DNA of 64,000 bases from Zootoca vivipara (lineage: Eukaryota): positions 29,140,001 to 29,204,000 of the forward strand of contig NC_083288.1 of assembly GCF_963506605.1 (NCBI RefSeq), given 5' to 3'. The translations under genes were made by a program, and so were the position numbers. Below the pieces are notes generated by a model. It saw only the letters and a list, made by a program, of their open reading frames with translations, made no database searches and was not told the origin of the DNA. Shown here piece by piece: positions 1 to 12,707 of this stretch (the first letter of the stretch is position 1; each line of letters begins with the position of its first letter).

Positions 1-495
1 ATTTCAGTGGAAGTTGCTCAAACAACATGGATCTTCAGCTTACCATTCTGTGGTTCTAAACGCATCCAGCACTTTTTCTGTGATATCCCACCACTGGTGA
101 AAATGGCATGCACAGACACCACAAAAAATGAGATTGTTGTCATGACAGTGTCTGTGCTTTTCATCATGAGTCCATTCCTGCTTATCATTCTCTCCTACAT
201 CCGTATAATTTCAACCATTCTCAGACTTCCTTCTGCAGAGGGAAGGAGGAAAGCCTTTTCCACCTGCTCCTCACACCTCACAGTAGTGACATTATTCTAT
301 GGGACAGCCCTTTTTGCCTACTTAAGGCCCAAGTCCAGCTACACACCAGAGAGTGACAAAATGATTTCTCTTATGTACACTGTTGTGACACCTGCTTTAA
401 ATCCCATAATATATACCCTAAGAAATAAAGAAGTGAAGGGAGCATTTAAGAAGGCAGCTATAAGAATCTTCTCTGCACAAGACTCAACCAATTGA
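1..495 (+). CDS. Olfactory receptor (class II type), 5'-partial at window edge
   Basis: ORF contains [18 protein letters not shown] and [16 protein letters not shown]; stop TGA at 493-495. Confidence 0.95.
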   Translation: MSVEVAQTTWIFSLPFCGSKRIQHFFCDIPPLVKMACTDTTKNEIVVMTVSVLFIMSPFLLIILSYIRIISTILRLPSAEGRRKAFSTCSSHLTVVTLFYGTALFAYLRPKSSYTPESDKMISLMYTVVTPALNPIIYTLRNKEVKGAFKKAAIRIFSAQDSTN

Positions 496-818
496 ACATT
501 TGGGTAAACACTTTCCCCATTTGTCACAGAATGCCACTCTGATTTTAAAAAGTTGATTTTTTTAAAAGTTGTAACTTGAAAATAAAATATTTGAAAACTC
601 TTGGTAATAAACATTAAGCCTATATACACTCATGGTCTGTGTGTCTGATCAATTTTAGAGGAGTATTAAACTGTTTCTGGATGGCTTTTTTTTTTCATGA
701 AGAAAGCTTCATGCATATAAATCCACTACTAGAGGTATAGAAGAAGTTTAGTTCAGTTGGCAAATAAGGTGTTGAAAAAAAGCAAAGGACTTGGATGGTT
801 GTACTTTTATTGAAAATA

Positions 819-1044
819 CAGTGGTTCCTCAGGTTAATAACTTAATTCGTTCTGGAGGTCCGTTCTTAACCTGAAACTGTTCTTAACCTGAGGTGCCACT
901 TTAGCTAATGGGGCCGCCTGCTGCCGCCGTGCCACTGGAGCACGATTTCTGTTCTCATCCTGAAGCAAAGTTCTTAACCCAAGGTACTATTTCTGAGTTA
1001 GCGGAGACTGTAACCTGAAGCATCTGTAACCCGAGGTACCACTG
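819..1044. mobile_element. Tc1/mariner (Tigger-like) MITE
   Basis: TIRs cagtggttcctc / gaggtaccactg, flanked by TA on both sides. Confidence 0.8.
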
Positions 1045-1477
1045 TAAAATATTTGAAAACTTTTATTAATAAATATTGAAGATACATTTACTCATAGGCC
1101 TAGTTCTGACAGACAGTGTTGTGTGGTGAGCTATTTCTGAATGGCACCATTTCAGATTGGTATAAAGTTTGATGAGCCATACAAATATTACTTGAACATG
1201 GGGGGCATTTTTGCTAGGAGGGTACACACCTAACCTTTTCTCAGACATATTCATTATGGAAGGTTTTTTTGGTTTTTTTTGAAGAAGAAGAACCTGCAAT
1301 CCGTCATCTCTAGCACCACCAGAAGGTAGAAGTGATACAGTCCAGCTAAAGGTTTACTTCCTAATATTCTCTTTGTGAGAACTTGACTACAATTTATGAT
1401 ACATATTCACAGTTATCTATACCTGCATGTTATGACTTTGCTTTGGAAAGCTGCATTGTCCTTCCTGTGATATAGAG

Positions 1478-1478
<1 letters not shown>

Positions 1479-1525
<47 letters not shown>
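1479..1525. repeat. (CA)n microsatellite
   Basis: Direct reading. Confidence 0.95.
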
Positions 1526-1526
<1 letters not shown>

Positions 1527-1814
1527 AACATATTATTTTTTTGGCTTGTTGTTTGCTGCCATGAATTCCTCTGAGGGAAAGGGGGGTATAAATGTAATGA
1601 TAAATAAAAGAAATACATTGTTCTGTTTACTAACGGATGGATGTGCAGAATATTAGATAATGGCTGTGCAATATTGCTTTATAGTTAATCATTCTGGCCC
1701 CATAGGAGAAATCCAATTTTCATACCCAAAGCAACAGTTTCAACTTCTCTGGGGACAATGATTTGCTTCAAATAATGATGCCAATGGAATATCATGTCTG
1801 CACACTTTAAACTC

Positions 1815-1981
1815 NNNNNNNNNNNNNNNNNNNNNNNNNNNNNNNNNNNNNNNNNNNNNNNNNNNNNNNNNNNNNNNNNNNNNNNNNNNNNNNNNNNNNN
1901 NNNNNNNNNNNNNNNNNNNNNNNNNNNNNNNNNNNNNNNNNNNNNNNNNNNNNNNNNNNNNNNNNNNNNNNNNNNNNNNNN
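1815..1981. other. Assembly gap (N run)
   Basis: N run. Confidence 1.
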
Positions 1982-2265
1982 ACGGCCCTAGCTATTTCAT
2001 AGCTGCATAAAATAGGATAGACTGACCATATCCTTTACCTACAATGATCAGAAGTCCTCCAAAAGTAAGAGCTTGTTTCTTTCTTTTTGACACCAGAAAA
2101 GGATCAGTAGACAATGTTCTTGTTAGATGGACTTCAAGCCTATTAATGCGACTCAGAACAAAGTCCTGTTAAATTCAGTGAGGCCTATTCCAATGTAAAG
2201 TGACTATAGAATTGCATTTTTAGCCTGCAATCCTTTATGCACTTACCAGGGGGGTCATTCAGCAA

Positions 2266-2434
2266 CATGGCTACCAACTTGATTAAATATTGAGGGGGCA
2301 CTCAATCACAAGACACACACACACCATTTGAATGGCAATGCCCATCAACTTGGGGTGTGCATGTGTGTGATTCCCTCAAATATGTTATGGAGAGGGGGAT
2401 GAAGGGACCTTGGACCCAGGAGTTGGCTGCTGTG
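2266..2434. mobile_element. Old hAT-like MITE
   Basis: 8-bp TSD ttcagcaa (2258-2265 and 2435-2442); degenerate TIRs catggctaccaact / agttggctgctgtg. Confidence 0.6.
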
Positions 2435-2579
2435 TTCAGCAAACTGAAAACAGTGGGACGTAACATCTGACTAGACATGTATAGGATCGCACCATTAATT
2501 CATTAGCTTCTGCATTGCAACCACCTTCTGGTGCAGGAGTAGGCTTCCATATGCAGAAGTTGGGAGGAGAAATATAAAA

Positions 2580-2668
2580 TGTGCTGTTTTAATGTATTTT
2601 GATGTGTGTTGGAAGCCGCCCAGAGTGGCGGGGGAGACCCGGCCAGATGGGCGGGGTATAAATAATAG
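2580..2668 (+). mobile_element. L2 LINE 3' tail fragment
   Basis: ggaagccgcccagagtggc...gggtataaataataa matches the 3' end of the L2 at 49.0-49.8k. Confidence 0.7.
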
Positions 2669-2784
2669 GGACTTCTAGGGAAGTTGCCCTTTTTAAAATG
2701 CTGAAATCTCTCCAATCAGGTGTTCAACTATGAGATACAGTTTTATGTGCATATTCTGTAGGGAGAGAAATAGAATGAGAGTTA

Positions 2785-3011
2785 CAGTGGTACCTCTACT
2801 TACAAATTTAATGCGTTCCAAACGCACATTTGTAAGTAGAAAAAAATTGTAAGTCGAATCCCATAGGAATGCATTGGGAGAAAAAATTTGTAAGTCGAAG
2901 CAACCCTATCTAAAAATTCGTAAGTAGAAAAAATCCTATCTAAACCGCATCCAAGATGGCGGACGGAGCTCCATTCGTAAGTAGAAACATTCGTAAGTAG
3001 AGGTACCACTG
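2785..3011. mobile_element. Tc1/mariner (Tigger-like) MITE
   Basis: TIRs cagtggtacctctacttac / gtaagtagaggtaccactg; TA TSD. Confidence 0.85.
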
Positions 3012-3025
3012 TACTGTATAACATA

Positions 3026-3379
3026 AAGGTAAAGGTAAAGGGACCCCTGACTATTAGGTCCAGTCGTGACCGACTCTGGGGTTGCGCGCTCATCTCGCAT
3101 TATTGGCCGAGGGAGCCGGCGTACAGCTTCCGGGTCATGTGGCCAGCATGACAAAGCCGCTTCTGGCACACCAGAGCAGCACATGGAAACGCCGTTTACC
3201 TTCCCGCTGTAGCGGTTCCTATTTATCTACTTGCATTTTGACATGCTTTCGAACTGCTAGGTTGGCAGGAGCTAGGATCAAGCAACGGGAGCTCACCCCG
3301 TCACAGGGATTCGAACCGCCGACCTTCTGATCAGCAAGCCCTAGGCTCAGTGGTTTAACCACAGCGCCACCTGGGTCCC
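3026..3379 (-). mobile_element. Sauria SINE, full length
   Basis: (ACCTTT)n tail reads aaaggtaaaggt at the left end; tRNA-like head at the right; 14-bp TSD tactgtataacata (3012-3025 and 3380-3393). Confidence 0.9.
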
Positions 3380-3808
3380 TACTGTATAACATAGGGGATA
3401 ACAAATATGATACCCTCCAGATGTTGTGGACACCTTGCATGACCAAGGATTAGGTATGATGATAGCTGTAGTCCAACAAGATCTGGAGGGCACCACTCCA
3501 TGTATAGCTGAAGCAAAAACAACAACAAAGTCACTCGAAGAAATATTTTTAATCAAGATCAATCCACAAACATTATCAATTGAAAAATCAATTATTATCA
3601 ATTGGATAATCAATCAGATCAATTTCTAAGTAAAAACCTGCAGGTTGTCAATCTACACAAATAGGCCACAAGTTAGCTCCCTTTAAGAATATATAAATAG
3701 TGCAGCTTTATATGTAACACTAAAAATATCTGTATAGAATAAATTTTTGCTGCATGACATTGGAATGACTGAAATATTCTTGCATTTGTAATATTCAGAT
3801 TAAATACC

Positions 3809-4756
3809 ATGAGGTCAGCTTCCTCTGAGAATGAAACATGCATCTTGGAATTCATACTCCTGGGATTTGTAAATATCACACAAGGAAAGACCTTCCTGGC
3901 CATCCTGTTTCTCACTATGTATACTGTCTGCTTCTTGGGAAACTCACTCATACTCACCATGACTGTGTTAAATCGGTCTCTCCAGACCCCCATGTATTTC
4001 TTCCTTGGCAGCCTCTCTTTCCTTGACATCTGCTACATCTCTGTGACAGTACCAAAAATGCTAGCAGATCTCTGGGCTGAATCCCCAGTCATTTCCTTCA
4101 TGGGTTGTGCTGCACAGTTGTATTTCCTTGTTGCCTTGGTGGGCACCGAAGGATTCCTTCTGGCCTCTATGGCTCTGGACCGCTATTTTGCTATATGCCA
4201 TCCATTGGGCTATACAAAACTAATGAATAAATATATTTGCCTTCAGATGGCTGCTATATCCTGGACTTGTGGCTTCCTCAATGCATCTCTCCACACAACA
4301 CTCACATTTCGTCTGTCTTTCTGCCAATCTAATGGAATTAGTCATTTCTTCTGTGACATTCCACCATTGTTGAGTATTTGATGCTCTGACATGTCAGTCA
4401 ATGAGGCTACCCTTACAGTGGGTGTGTTTGTAGGCCTTAGCCCTTTCTTCTTCACCCTGGTTTCGTATGCATTCATCCTTCATGCCATTTTAAGCAGCCG
4501 CCAGAAAGGACAGCGCCACAAAGCCATTTCCACCTGTGCTTCCCATCTCACAGTTGTGATTCTGTTCTATGGCTCCAGCATATTTACATATGTCCGTCCT
4601 ACCTCCAGCTACTCATTGGAAAGAGATCAGCTTGTGGGGGTTTTGTACAGTCTCTTAATACCAACACTCAACCCAATTATTTACAGCCTACGGAACAAGG
4701 AAGTGAAGCTGGCAATGAGGAAGTTTCTGCTGAGAATACCTTCCCTTAGAATTTAG
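3809..4756 (+). pseudogene. Olfactory receptor with one in-frame nonsense codon (TGA 4379-4381)
   Basis: ORFs 3809-4381 and 4391-4756 are in the same frame: PPLLSI*CSD. Motifs PMYFFL, MALDRY, KAISTCASHL and NPIIYSLRN are present. Confidence 0.9.
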
Positions 4757-5039
4757 ATTCTTTAACTGAAACGTCAAGGACCTGAAGATCAATTGAAGAG
4801 ATCTAGAATTTGCAGTCTTTGCTGCCTCCAGCTGTGGAGGTGGAGCATAGCCATCATGGTTAATAGCCATTGGTAGCTCTCTTTTTCATGAACTGGTCTA
4901 ATCCACTTTTAAAGCCATCCAAGTTGGTGGTAAGCAGTGCCTCCTGTGGGAGTGAGTTCCATAGTTTAACACACCTACACTGAAAGATCTGTTTTATGTT
5001 TTGATATTTGGCAAAGGACCAAAGTCTGAGAACATGGTA

Positions 5040-5172
5040 TATTTGGGAGGTTGTGGACTCTCCTTCCTTGGAGATTTTAAAGCAGAAGCTGGATTGCCAT
5101 CTGTCATCGATAGGGGTTGGATTAGATGACCCTTGGGGTATCTTGCAACTCTACAATTACATGATCCTATGA
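5040..5172 (+). mobile_element. CR1 LINE 3' end fragment
   Basis: gtggactctccttccttggag...caactctacaatt, CR1-type tail. Confidence 0.65.
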
Positions 5173-5409
5173 AATCTGAAAAGTAGTTTGCAGCACGATT
5201 TGGAAGAGAAAATCAGTGGGCTGAGTTGCAGTGCTTAACCGTTCACCATGAAATTCCTCTCCCTGGGCATTTGTTGTGAAATTCTTTTGCAAGCATGAAT
5301 TATAGGCCTTCTGCAGATGCAATCTCTTCAGGAGGTTCATTTTCCATGATATAGAATCTTTAGGGTGGCAGCACCCACCCTTTGGAACTCTCTCCCATTA
5401 CATATCAGA

Positions 5410-5692
5410 CAAGAAGCAAGCTTGTTTCCTCCTGCTCTGGAGGGTAGGACTCAAACCAATAGCTTCAAGTTACAAGAATGGAGATTCCAACTAAACAACA
5501 GGAATAGCTTTCTGACAGAGCTGTTCAGCAGTGGAAGAGTTTACTTCGGGAAGCTGTGGACTCTCTTTCATTGGAGGTTTTTAAGCAGAAATTGGATCTA
5601 TCAAGCATGCTTTAGTTGAGATTCCTGCATTGCAGGAAATTGTTCTAGATGTCTCTCAGGATCCCTTCTAACTCTACAATTCTATGATTCTA
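5410..5692 (+). mobile_element. CR1 LINE 3' end fragment
   Basis: Encodes GRTQTNSFKLQEWRFQLN (CR1 ORF2 C-terminus); tail attctatgattcta. Confidence 0.75.
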
Positions 5693-5965
5693 AGAACCAT
5701 CTCTATTGCCTTTCTACCATGTACTGAATACCTTCCTTCCTCAATAAGGCCTTTAAGTAGAAATTCTAATCCCAGTCTGTATCTCTATTGTATCTGAAAT
5801 AGTTTTCATTTTTGATGTTTTGAATGATTTATATTTACTGTTTTTAATTAGGTTTTTAAATTTTGGATTATGCGGAATGCTTTATCTGAGTGGATGTAGC
5901 AACCGAGTAATTTCGTTGTTCCCGCAAGGGGACAATGACAATAAAGATATCTTATCTTATCGTAT

Positions 5966-6901
5966 TTTGATTGGTTCAAAATTGGGAAAGGAATACGACA
6001 AGGTTGTATATTGTCTCCCTGCTTATTTAACTTATATGCAGAATTCATCATGCGAAAGGCTGGACTAGATGAATCCCAAGCAGGAATTAAGATTGCCGGA
6101 AGAAATATCAACAACCTCAGATATGCAGATGACACAACCTTGATGGCAGAAAGTGAGGAGGAATTAAAGAACCTTTTAATGAGGGTGAAAGAGGAGAGCG
6201 CAAAATATGGTCTGAAGCTCAACATCAAAAAAACCAAGATCATGGCCACTGGTCCCATCACCTCCTGGCAAATAGAAGGGGAAGAAATGGAGGCAGTGAG
6301 AGATTTTACTTTCTTGGGCTCCTTGATCACTGCAGATGGTGACAGCAGTCACGAAATTATAAGACGCCTGCTTCTTGGGAGAAAAGCAATGACAAACCTA
6401 GACAGCATCTTAAAAAGCAGAGACATCACCTTGCTGACAAAGGTCCGTATAGTTAAAGCTATGGTTTTCCCAGTAGTGATGTATGGAAGTGAGAGCTGGA
6501 CCATAAAGAAGGCTGATCGCCGAAGAATTGATGCTTTTGAATTATGGTGCTGGAGGAGACTCTTGAGAGTCCCATGGACTGCTAGAAGATCAAACCTATC
6601 AATTCTTAAGGAAATCAGCCCTGAGTGCTCCCTGGAAGGACAGATCGTGAAGCTGAGGCTCCAATACTTTGGCCACCTCATGAGAAGAGAAGAATCCTTG
6701 GAAAAGACTCTGATGTTGGGAAAGATTGAGGGCACTAGGAGAAGGGGACGACAGAGGACGAGATGGTTGGACAGTGTTCTCGAAGCTACGAACATGAGTT
6801 TGACCAAACTACGGGAGGCAGTGCAAGACAGGAGTGCCTGGCGTGCTATGGTCCATGGGGTCACGAAGAGTCGGACACGACTAAACGACTAAACAACAAC
6901 A
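5966..6901 (+). mobile_element. RTE-BovB LINE, 5'-truncated, reverse transcriptase frame still open (stop at 6892)
   Basis: RQGCILSP and LRYADD motifs; C-terminus VHGVTKSRTRLND; (CAA)n tail; 12-bp TSD atcttatcgtat (5954-5965 and 6902-6913). Confidence 0.95.
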
Positions 6902-7506
6902 ATCTTATCGTATGATGTTTTAATGACATTTTTATTTTTAATGGCTTTGAGATGCTTCATGGAAAGATGCTTCATAGATGAAATGAAAATAAACAAGCAA
7001 CATCCATACTATTAGTTCATGGTCACTAATGATGTCTGTTAATATGTGAAATATATAAAGATCTGACTACAGTACAATATTTTAGATTCCACTTCATTAA
7101 TACAGGAATGTTTCCAATGGGAGAGAATTATTAAAACTTTCATATATACCAATGCTACTCTAAATATTACCAGAGGATGAATAATACTTGCTATGTCAAC
7201 ACCACAGGATTCTCTTCAGTTTATTGTAGCAGAACTCATTCCTGGCCATGTCTGGATGCTTTCCAGGAGCATATCTGAAACCACTCTAAGGCAAATGGAC
7301 ATTGAATGCCATTAGTGGTAGAATTAGATAGATACTTTGCTGCCACATCCCTACAACAACAGCTTAGTATTGGGTTGATATTACATAGAATATGCAAGTG
7401 AAAACATATTGACCTAAACTGGGCCACATATATCTCAGTGAACCATATCTCACCAATTCACATAATATACAAAACTGCAGTGGTTTCAATCTCAAACAGG
7501 TTATAG

Positions 7507-7831
7507 CAGGGGTCAGCAAACTTTTTCAGCAGGGGGCCAGTCCATTGTCCCTCAGACCTTGTGGAGGGCCGGACTATATTTTGAAAAAAGAAAGAAAGAA
7601 CGAATTTCGATGCCCCACAAATAACCCAGAGATGCATTTTAAATAAAAGGACACATTCTACTCATGTAAAAACACCAGGCAGGCCCCACAAATAACCCAG
7701 AGATGCATTTTAAAGTGAAATCACACATTCTACTCATGTAAAAACATGCTGAATCCCGGACCGTCTGCGGGCCAGATTTAGAAGGTGATTGGGCCGCATC
7801 TGGCCCCCGGGCCTTAGTTTGGGGACCCCTG
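7507..7831. mobile_element. hAT MITE
   Basis: TIR caggggt / acccctg; 8-bp TSD ggttatag; same family as 24381-24700. Confidence 0.85.
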
Positions 7832-8580
7832 GGTTATAGGCAACTCCCCACCGATCTTCCACTGAGCATCTATAGCAAAAGAAGGATCTGTAAAGTTGGA
7901 GAGGATCTCTGAATGGGAACCAAGATGGTGTGGAGCAGATGAGTAGAATTCCTGGGAGCACTAGGAGCCTTGTGTAAGAGCATGGTAATAACTTTAATGG
8001 GGGATGAGTAGTAGCAGTTATAATTTCCATAGCAGTCTGGATTTCTCATCAACAGCATGACTTGTGACCCACCAATCTGAAGGCAGCCCATCAGACACAC
8101 ATTTTGTCTTCAAAGGTGCTGGATGCAAGAACACCCCCCACACCCAATAGCAGAAATGCAGCAAAAACTGGAGGTCTAATCACCCAGTAGGTAGTCCCAC
8201 ATATCAAAGACTTCACAGGCCTTTTAGAGCTTCCTCGACATTATGTGTTATATGACCCCTTTAATTTCCAAAAATGAGCCAATAATTTTAAACAGATTTT
8301 TTTATTTGAAAAATTAACATAGAGGAGGAATGCAGTAACTATGAATATAGACCGATTAAGCATATAAATTAACTAACAGAAAGTGCCCAGTGTTGCCTGG
8401 GAATTCTAAATAGAGGAGGAAAAGAAAACAAACAAACTCAAGATTTCTAAATGGATAGTTTACTTTCTTATTTTTAAGGATGTACACAGCCTTAGATTGC
8501 CCAACCAGAGGGAGATTTTGGGGTATCTTTAGTTAACTTCTATAAATTATTAAATCACATTAAAAGCCAAGCTTCTGTTT

Positions 8581-9546
8581 CTAAAATGTTTGCCTTCCAG
8601 GGCAGAATCTCCTAAGCATCATTTTTTTAAAAGCTTTTTTGACATCTTCATTTCTCAAGCTGTAGATGATTGGGTTGAGCATGGGGGTCACCACACTGTA
8701 GATAAATGAGACCACCTTGTTAACTTCCATTGAGTTCTGGCCTGTGGGGTTGACATATATGAAGATAACGGTTCCATAGTAGAGTGAAACTACAGTCAAG
8801 TGGGCAGTGCAGGTGGAAAAGGCCTTCTGCCGTCCTTTTGCTGAGGACATCCTTAGGAGAGTTGCCAGGATGCAGACATAAGAAAGCATGGTCAACAGAA
8901 AAGTTCCTAAAACTATGACAGCTGAACTGATGAAGATGATGGTTCTGCTGATGTAGGTGTTAGTACATGACAGGCTGAGGAGTGGAGGGACATCACAGAA
9001 GAAATGGTCAATGATGTTGCCACAGAAGTGCAATCTGCCAACTAAGATGGTAGATGGGAAAGGATTTAGGAATCCAGTCACCCAGGAAGCTAAAGCTAAG
9101 TAGATACACATTCTACTGCACATCAGTGTTGAGTATCTCAGTGGGTTGCATATGGCAAGGTAACGGTCATAAGCCATAACAGCAAGTAGGAAGCACTCTG
9201 TGGAACCCAGAAAGAAGAAGAAATATGACTGCACAAGGCATGCTGTTAGAGAGATAGCCTTAGATCTTCCTAAGGATATTGCTAGAAGTTTAGGGAGCGT
9301 GACTGAGGTGTAACCAATCTCCAGGATAGCAAGATTGCTCAGGAAGAAGTACATTGGTGTATGGAGACTCGATTCTGTCTTTAGTGTGAGAAGCAGGATG
9401 ATGTTTCCCCAAAGTGTAAGGAGATATATGAGAAGGAATGTGATGAAATATATAACTTGTAACTTCTTAGCACCTGTGAATCCAGCAATAATGAATGTTG
9501 TTACTCCTGTGTAATTTAATTGCTCCAAGACTGTGTCATCTTCCAT
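8581..9546 (-). CDS. Olfactory receptor, intact, 321 aa
   Basis: [49 protein letters not shown]; candidate splice acceptor ttttctag directly before the ATG. Confidence 0.97.
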   Translation of the reverse strand: MEDDTVLEQLNYTGVTTFIIAGFTGAKKLQVIYFITFLLIYLLTLWGNIILLLTLKTESSLHTPMYFFLSNLAILEIGYTSVTLPKLLAISLGRSKAISLTACLVQSYFFFFLGSTECFLLAVMAYDRYLAICNPLRYSTLMCSRMCIYLALASWVTGFLNPFPSTILVGRLHFCGNIIDHFFCDVPPLLSLSCTNTYISRTIIFISSAVIVLGTFLLTMLSYVCILATLLRMSSAKGRQKAFSTCTAHLTVVSLYYGTVIFIYVNPTGQNSMEVNKVVSFIYSVVTPMLNPIIYSLRNEDVKKAFKKMMLRRFCPGRQTF

Positions 9547-9882
9547 CTAGAAAACAAATGTGAATAAGCAGTCATGGTGATAGTGAGCAATAAATGTTTG
9601 CACTGCATTCTCACATTTTAAAGATATGGACAATGTTAGTCAAGTGACATGCTGAGGTGAACTCAGAGGTTTGGTTGAAACATCTGAGAAATTAGGAGAT
9701 AAGCAAATCAAAACTTTAATAAATTAATCAACTCTCCTCCACCACCAGTGAAGGGTTCATTCTGTAAATGTAGATCCAATATTTGATTGTGCTATCTGAA
9801 AGTTTGGTTAGACATAGACCTGCTGTCTGGGTTAAGCCAAACTGAACAGTTTCAATGTGAACTGGTCTGCATTTGTGATTAT

Positions 9883-10027
9883 TCAGAAGCAGCTTTGTCA
9901 TGCTGGCCACATGACCCGGAAGCTGTCTGCGGACAAACACTGGCTTCCTCGGCCTATAGAGCGAGATGAGCGCCACAACCCCAGAGTCAGACACAATTTG
10001 ACCTGATGGTCAGGGGCCCCTTTACCT
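9883..10027 (+). mobile_element. Sauria SINE 3' fragment
   Basis: Matches the 3' half of the SINE at 18632-18961; ends ccctttacct. Confidence 0.8.
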
Positions 10028-10181
10028 AACTAAATATAGTCACATAAGTACACCTCCAATGACTCACTTTTCATTGTTGCTGTACTTTATAGACTCATCT
10101 TAAAAATGTAGGTATATGTAACTGCATTGCTGTCATTTTTTTATACTTAGTATGCTCTGTGTATGGTTCTGTTATGGTTTA

Positions 10182-10369
10182 CAGTCATTCCTCAGTTTAA
10201 GTACGCCTTGGTTTGAGTATTTTCAGTTTAAGTACTCCGTGGACCTGCCTGGAACGGATTAATCCACTTTCCATTACTTTCAATGGGAAAGTTCGCTTCA
10301 GGTTAAGTACGCTTTAGGTTAAGCAGAGACTTCCGGAACCAATTGTGTTTTTAAACCGAGGTACCACTG
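10182..10369. mobile_element. Tc1/mariner MITE
   Basis: cagtcattcctc ... gaggtaccactg, TA flanks; family shared with 35370 and 56869. Confidence 0.85.
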
Positions 10370-10854
10370 TATATGGTTATGTGTTACTTTGTGCATATGT
10401 TTATGATAAATCAATAAACATTTAAAAATATTTGGTTATATCAAAATGTAATCTTTTCTCACTGATACAATATTGGCCATATCTGATTTCTTTACATGAA
10501 ATATTTCAAGTGGCACAATAAGAAATAAATGTTGGCAATGATATCAGACAATGATGAGATCCTTTGAGGTATTGTTAACACCTGGAAATGAGGTGGTTTT
10601 TTCCCAAGACTGTGCCATGGCAAAAAAGGAAGCTTCATTTGCTTTCATTTCCTTGTGTTATTTTTATTTAAAAGTAAAATCTACAAGCAAGTTAGCCTGG
10701 AACCGATTAATTGAAAACGGCAACTGTTTTATTTTTCCTCCCTGATATTTGGTACAATGTTACTTAAGCTGCCTTTGCATGTGGAAGTTCAGGCTTATTT
10801 CTTTTCTCTGTGTGCTCAAGATGCGTAAGCAGGAATTTCTCTCTGTGTGTTCCC

Positions 10855-10900
10855 CTCCTCCTCCTCCTCCTCCTCCTCCTCCTCCTCCTCCTCCTCCTCC
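10855..10900. repeat. (CCT)n microsatellite
   Basis: Direct reading. Confidence 0.95.
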
Positions 10901-10982
10901 TTTTTTAAATAGCACCCCTCCTTAAACCATGTTGATTAACAATATCCCTAGCAGAAAAATCACCTTAGCCTTTTTCTTTTTA

Positions 10983-11231
10983 CTATCCTATTTCTCCGAA
11001 AATAAGACACAGCCATAAAATAAGCCGTAGCAGGATTTTTAAGCATTCAAGGAATATAAGCCATAACCCGAAAATAAGACATAGTGATAGGCGCAGCAGC
11101 AATGCCGGCCGCGGCAGGAGAAGGAGGAGGAGGGGGGGGGAATAAGACATCCCCTGAAAATAAGCCATAGTGTGTTTTTTGAGGGAAAAATAAATATAAG
11201 ACGGTGTCTTATTTTAAGAGAAACACAGGTA
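10983..11231. mobile_element. pogo/Tigger-like MITE
   Basis: Imperfect TIR (tatttctccgaaaataagac / gtcttattttaagagaaacac) with repeated internal aaataag(a/c)c motifs. Confidence 0.6.
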
Positions 11232-11500
11232 TGTGGTAGGATGTCACCTGTTGTATGACATCTTGACTTTAACATAGGCTCAGTTAAAGAATATTGACAC
11301 TAGTTCGGTAATCTCCCAACAACATTGGTCATCCTCAACCCATCTTCCACCTCTTTTGAAAGTCCCAGATTCAGTCTCCAATAGTCAGCATAGACAATAC
11401 TGAGCTAGCTTGACCAATGGTCTGACATAGCATGCTTCAAAAGAGTGCTCCAAATAATTCACTCCGTTTCCAAAAGGAAACCCAGACAGATGGAAGGGGT

Positions 11501-11503
<3 letters not shown>

Positions 11504-11547
<44 letters not shown>
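11504..11547. repeat. (AAC)n microsatellite
   Basis: Direct reading. Confidence 0.95.
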
Positions 11548-11549
<2 letters not shown>

Positions 11550-12446
11550 AAACAATATATATGTTTGCATTAGGCAAAAGCATAATGTTGACCATTCATA
11601 CTTTGATATTCAATTTACAGAAGGGAGGCGCAATCCAGAACGGTTATGTTTCCAAAACTGTCTAGATCTCCAGGTTCAAATTTCAGGTCTGAGAGAAAGA
11701 AGACTAGTCAATATCATTCAGCCTTCTACCTGTAACAAGATAGAGATACAGCCACTTTGATACTCTGTGAGCATTAATCAAAAAAGTTTCAAAATAGGCA
11801 GTGCTGGCTCTAGGATCTGGGGACATGTTAGGTAAAGGTATCTCAGTGAAGCCCATTTACCTAAAAAGGTGGGCCATGCAAGGTAGGAATTTTCACTGTT
11901 GCTGGCCCTCTTGGATTAAATGTGAAATGCCACAATTGCAGTGGTGTTGGGGTGATTGACCCTTTGGCACTGTTGGGGCCCTGACAAATTCCAGATCTTT
12001 CTGCTGTCTGCAGCCAGACCTGAAATGAGGCAAGATGCTATACATAACAGGGGTCACTTTTGTAGCACTGGTATTAGGTAGTTTTGGATGGGAAATGCCA
12101 CTGGACCACTATAGATGAAAAGCAGAACATACCTTTTTGGACTGGTTTGCTTAGGAACCCAAAAACCAAATATAACAGCAATCGCAGCCTTCTCATTTAG
12201 CTGTCTTTTCTATACTTCTTGACCTTCTTGCTGAAGTTGTGATTTGCATGAGTTGAAGATAAAATCACCAGGAACAGATAAAGGAAATGTATTCAGTGAT
12301 TCTAAAAACATTGTTTAAAAAGTATTGTGGGAGGAGAAATGATTTGAAAATAGACCTAGTAAATTAATATGAAGTGAGCCCAATATTCTCTGCACTTTCT
12401 TTCAGTCTGATGTGGTGATTTCTTGAAGTTTACAAAAATATCATGG

Positions 12447-12450
<4 letters not shown>

Positions 12451-12499
<49 letters not shown>
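12451..12499. repeat. (TG)n microsatellite
   Basis: Direct reading. Confidence 0.95.
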
Positions 12500-12500
<1 letters not shown>

Positions 12501-12707
12501 TCATGAGAGCCAATCAATTTAAGAGTTTGGGGAATAAAAAAGAAACAAGGTAAATGAGCCAAGGTGGAGTAGTGGCTGAGGGCCAAAACTAGACTTAACA
12601 ATGTCTACTCCATTTACAGAGGAACAATCCATTGAACAAGTAGAAGGTGTAATGCAAGCCAGTGTAAGCTGATTAGGTGTAAAGTAGCATACCCTGTTCA
12701 GCCGGTT

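Noticed and set aside
3300-3379. tRNA-like A/B-box sequence
   Set aside because: Head of a Sauria SINE, not a tRNA gene
5848-6864. 160-aa and 171-aa minus-strand ORFs
   Set aside because: Antisense shadows of the BovB RT frame
12490-12560. O/E-like palindrome tctcatgaga and taaatgag as the promoter of OR 8581
   Set aside because: Short degenerate motifs with no comparative or transcript support
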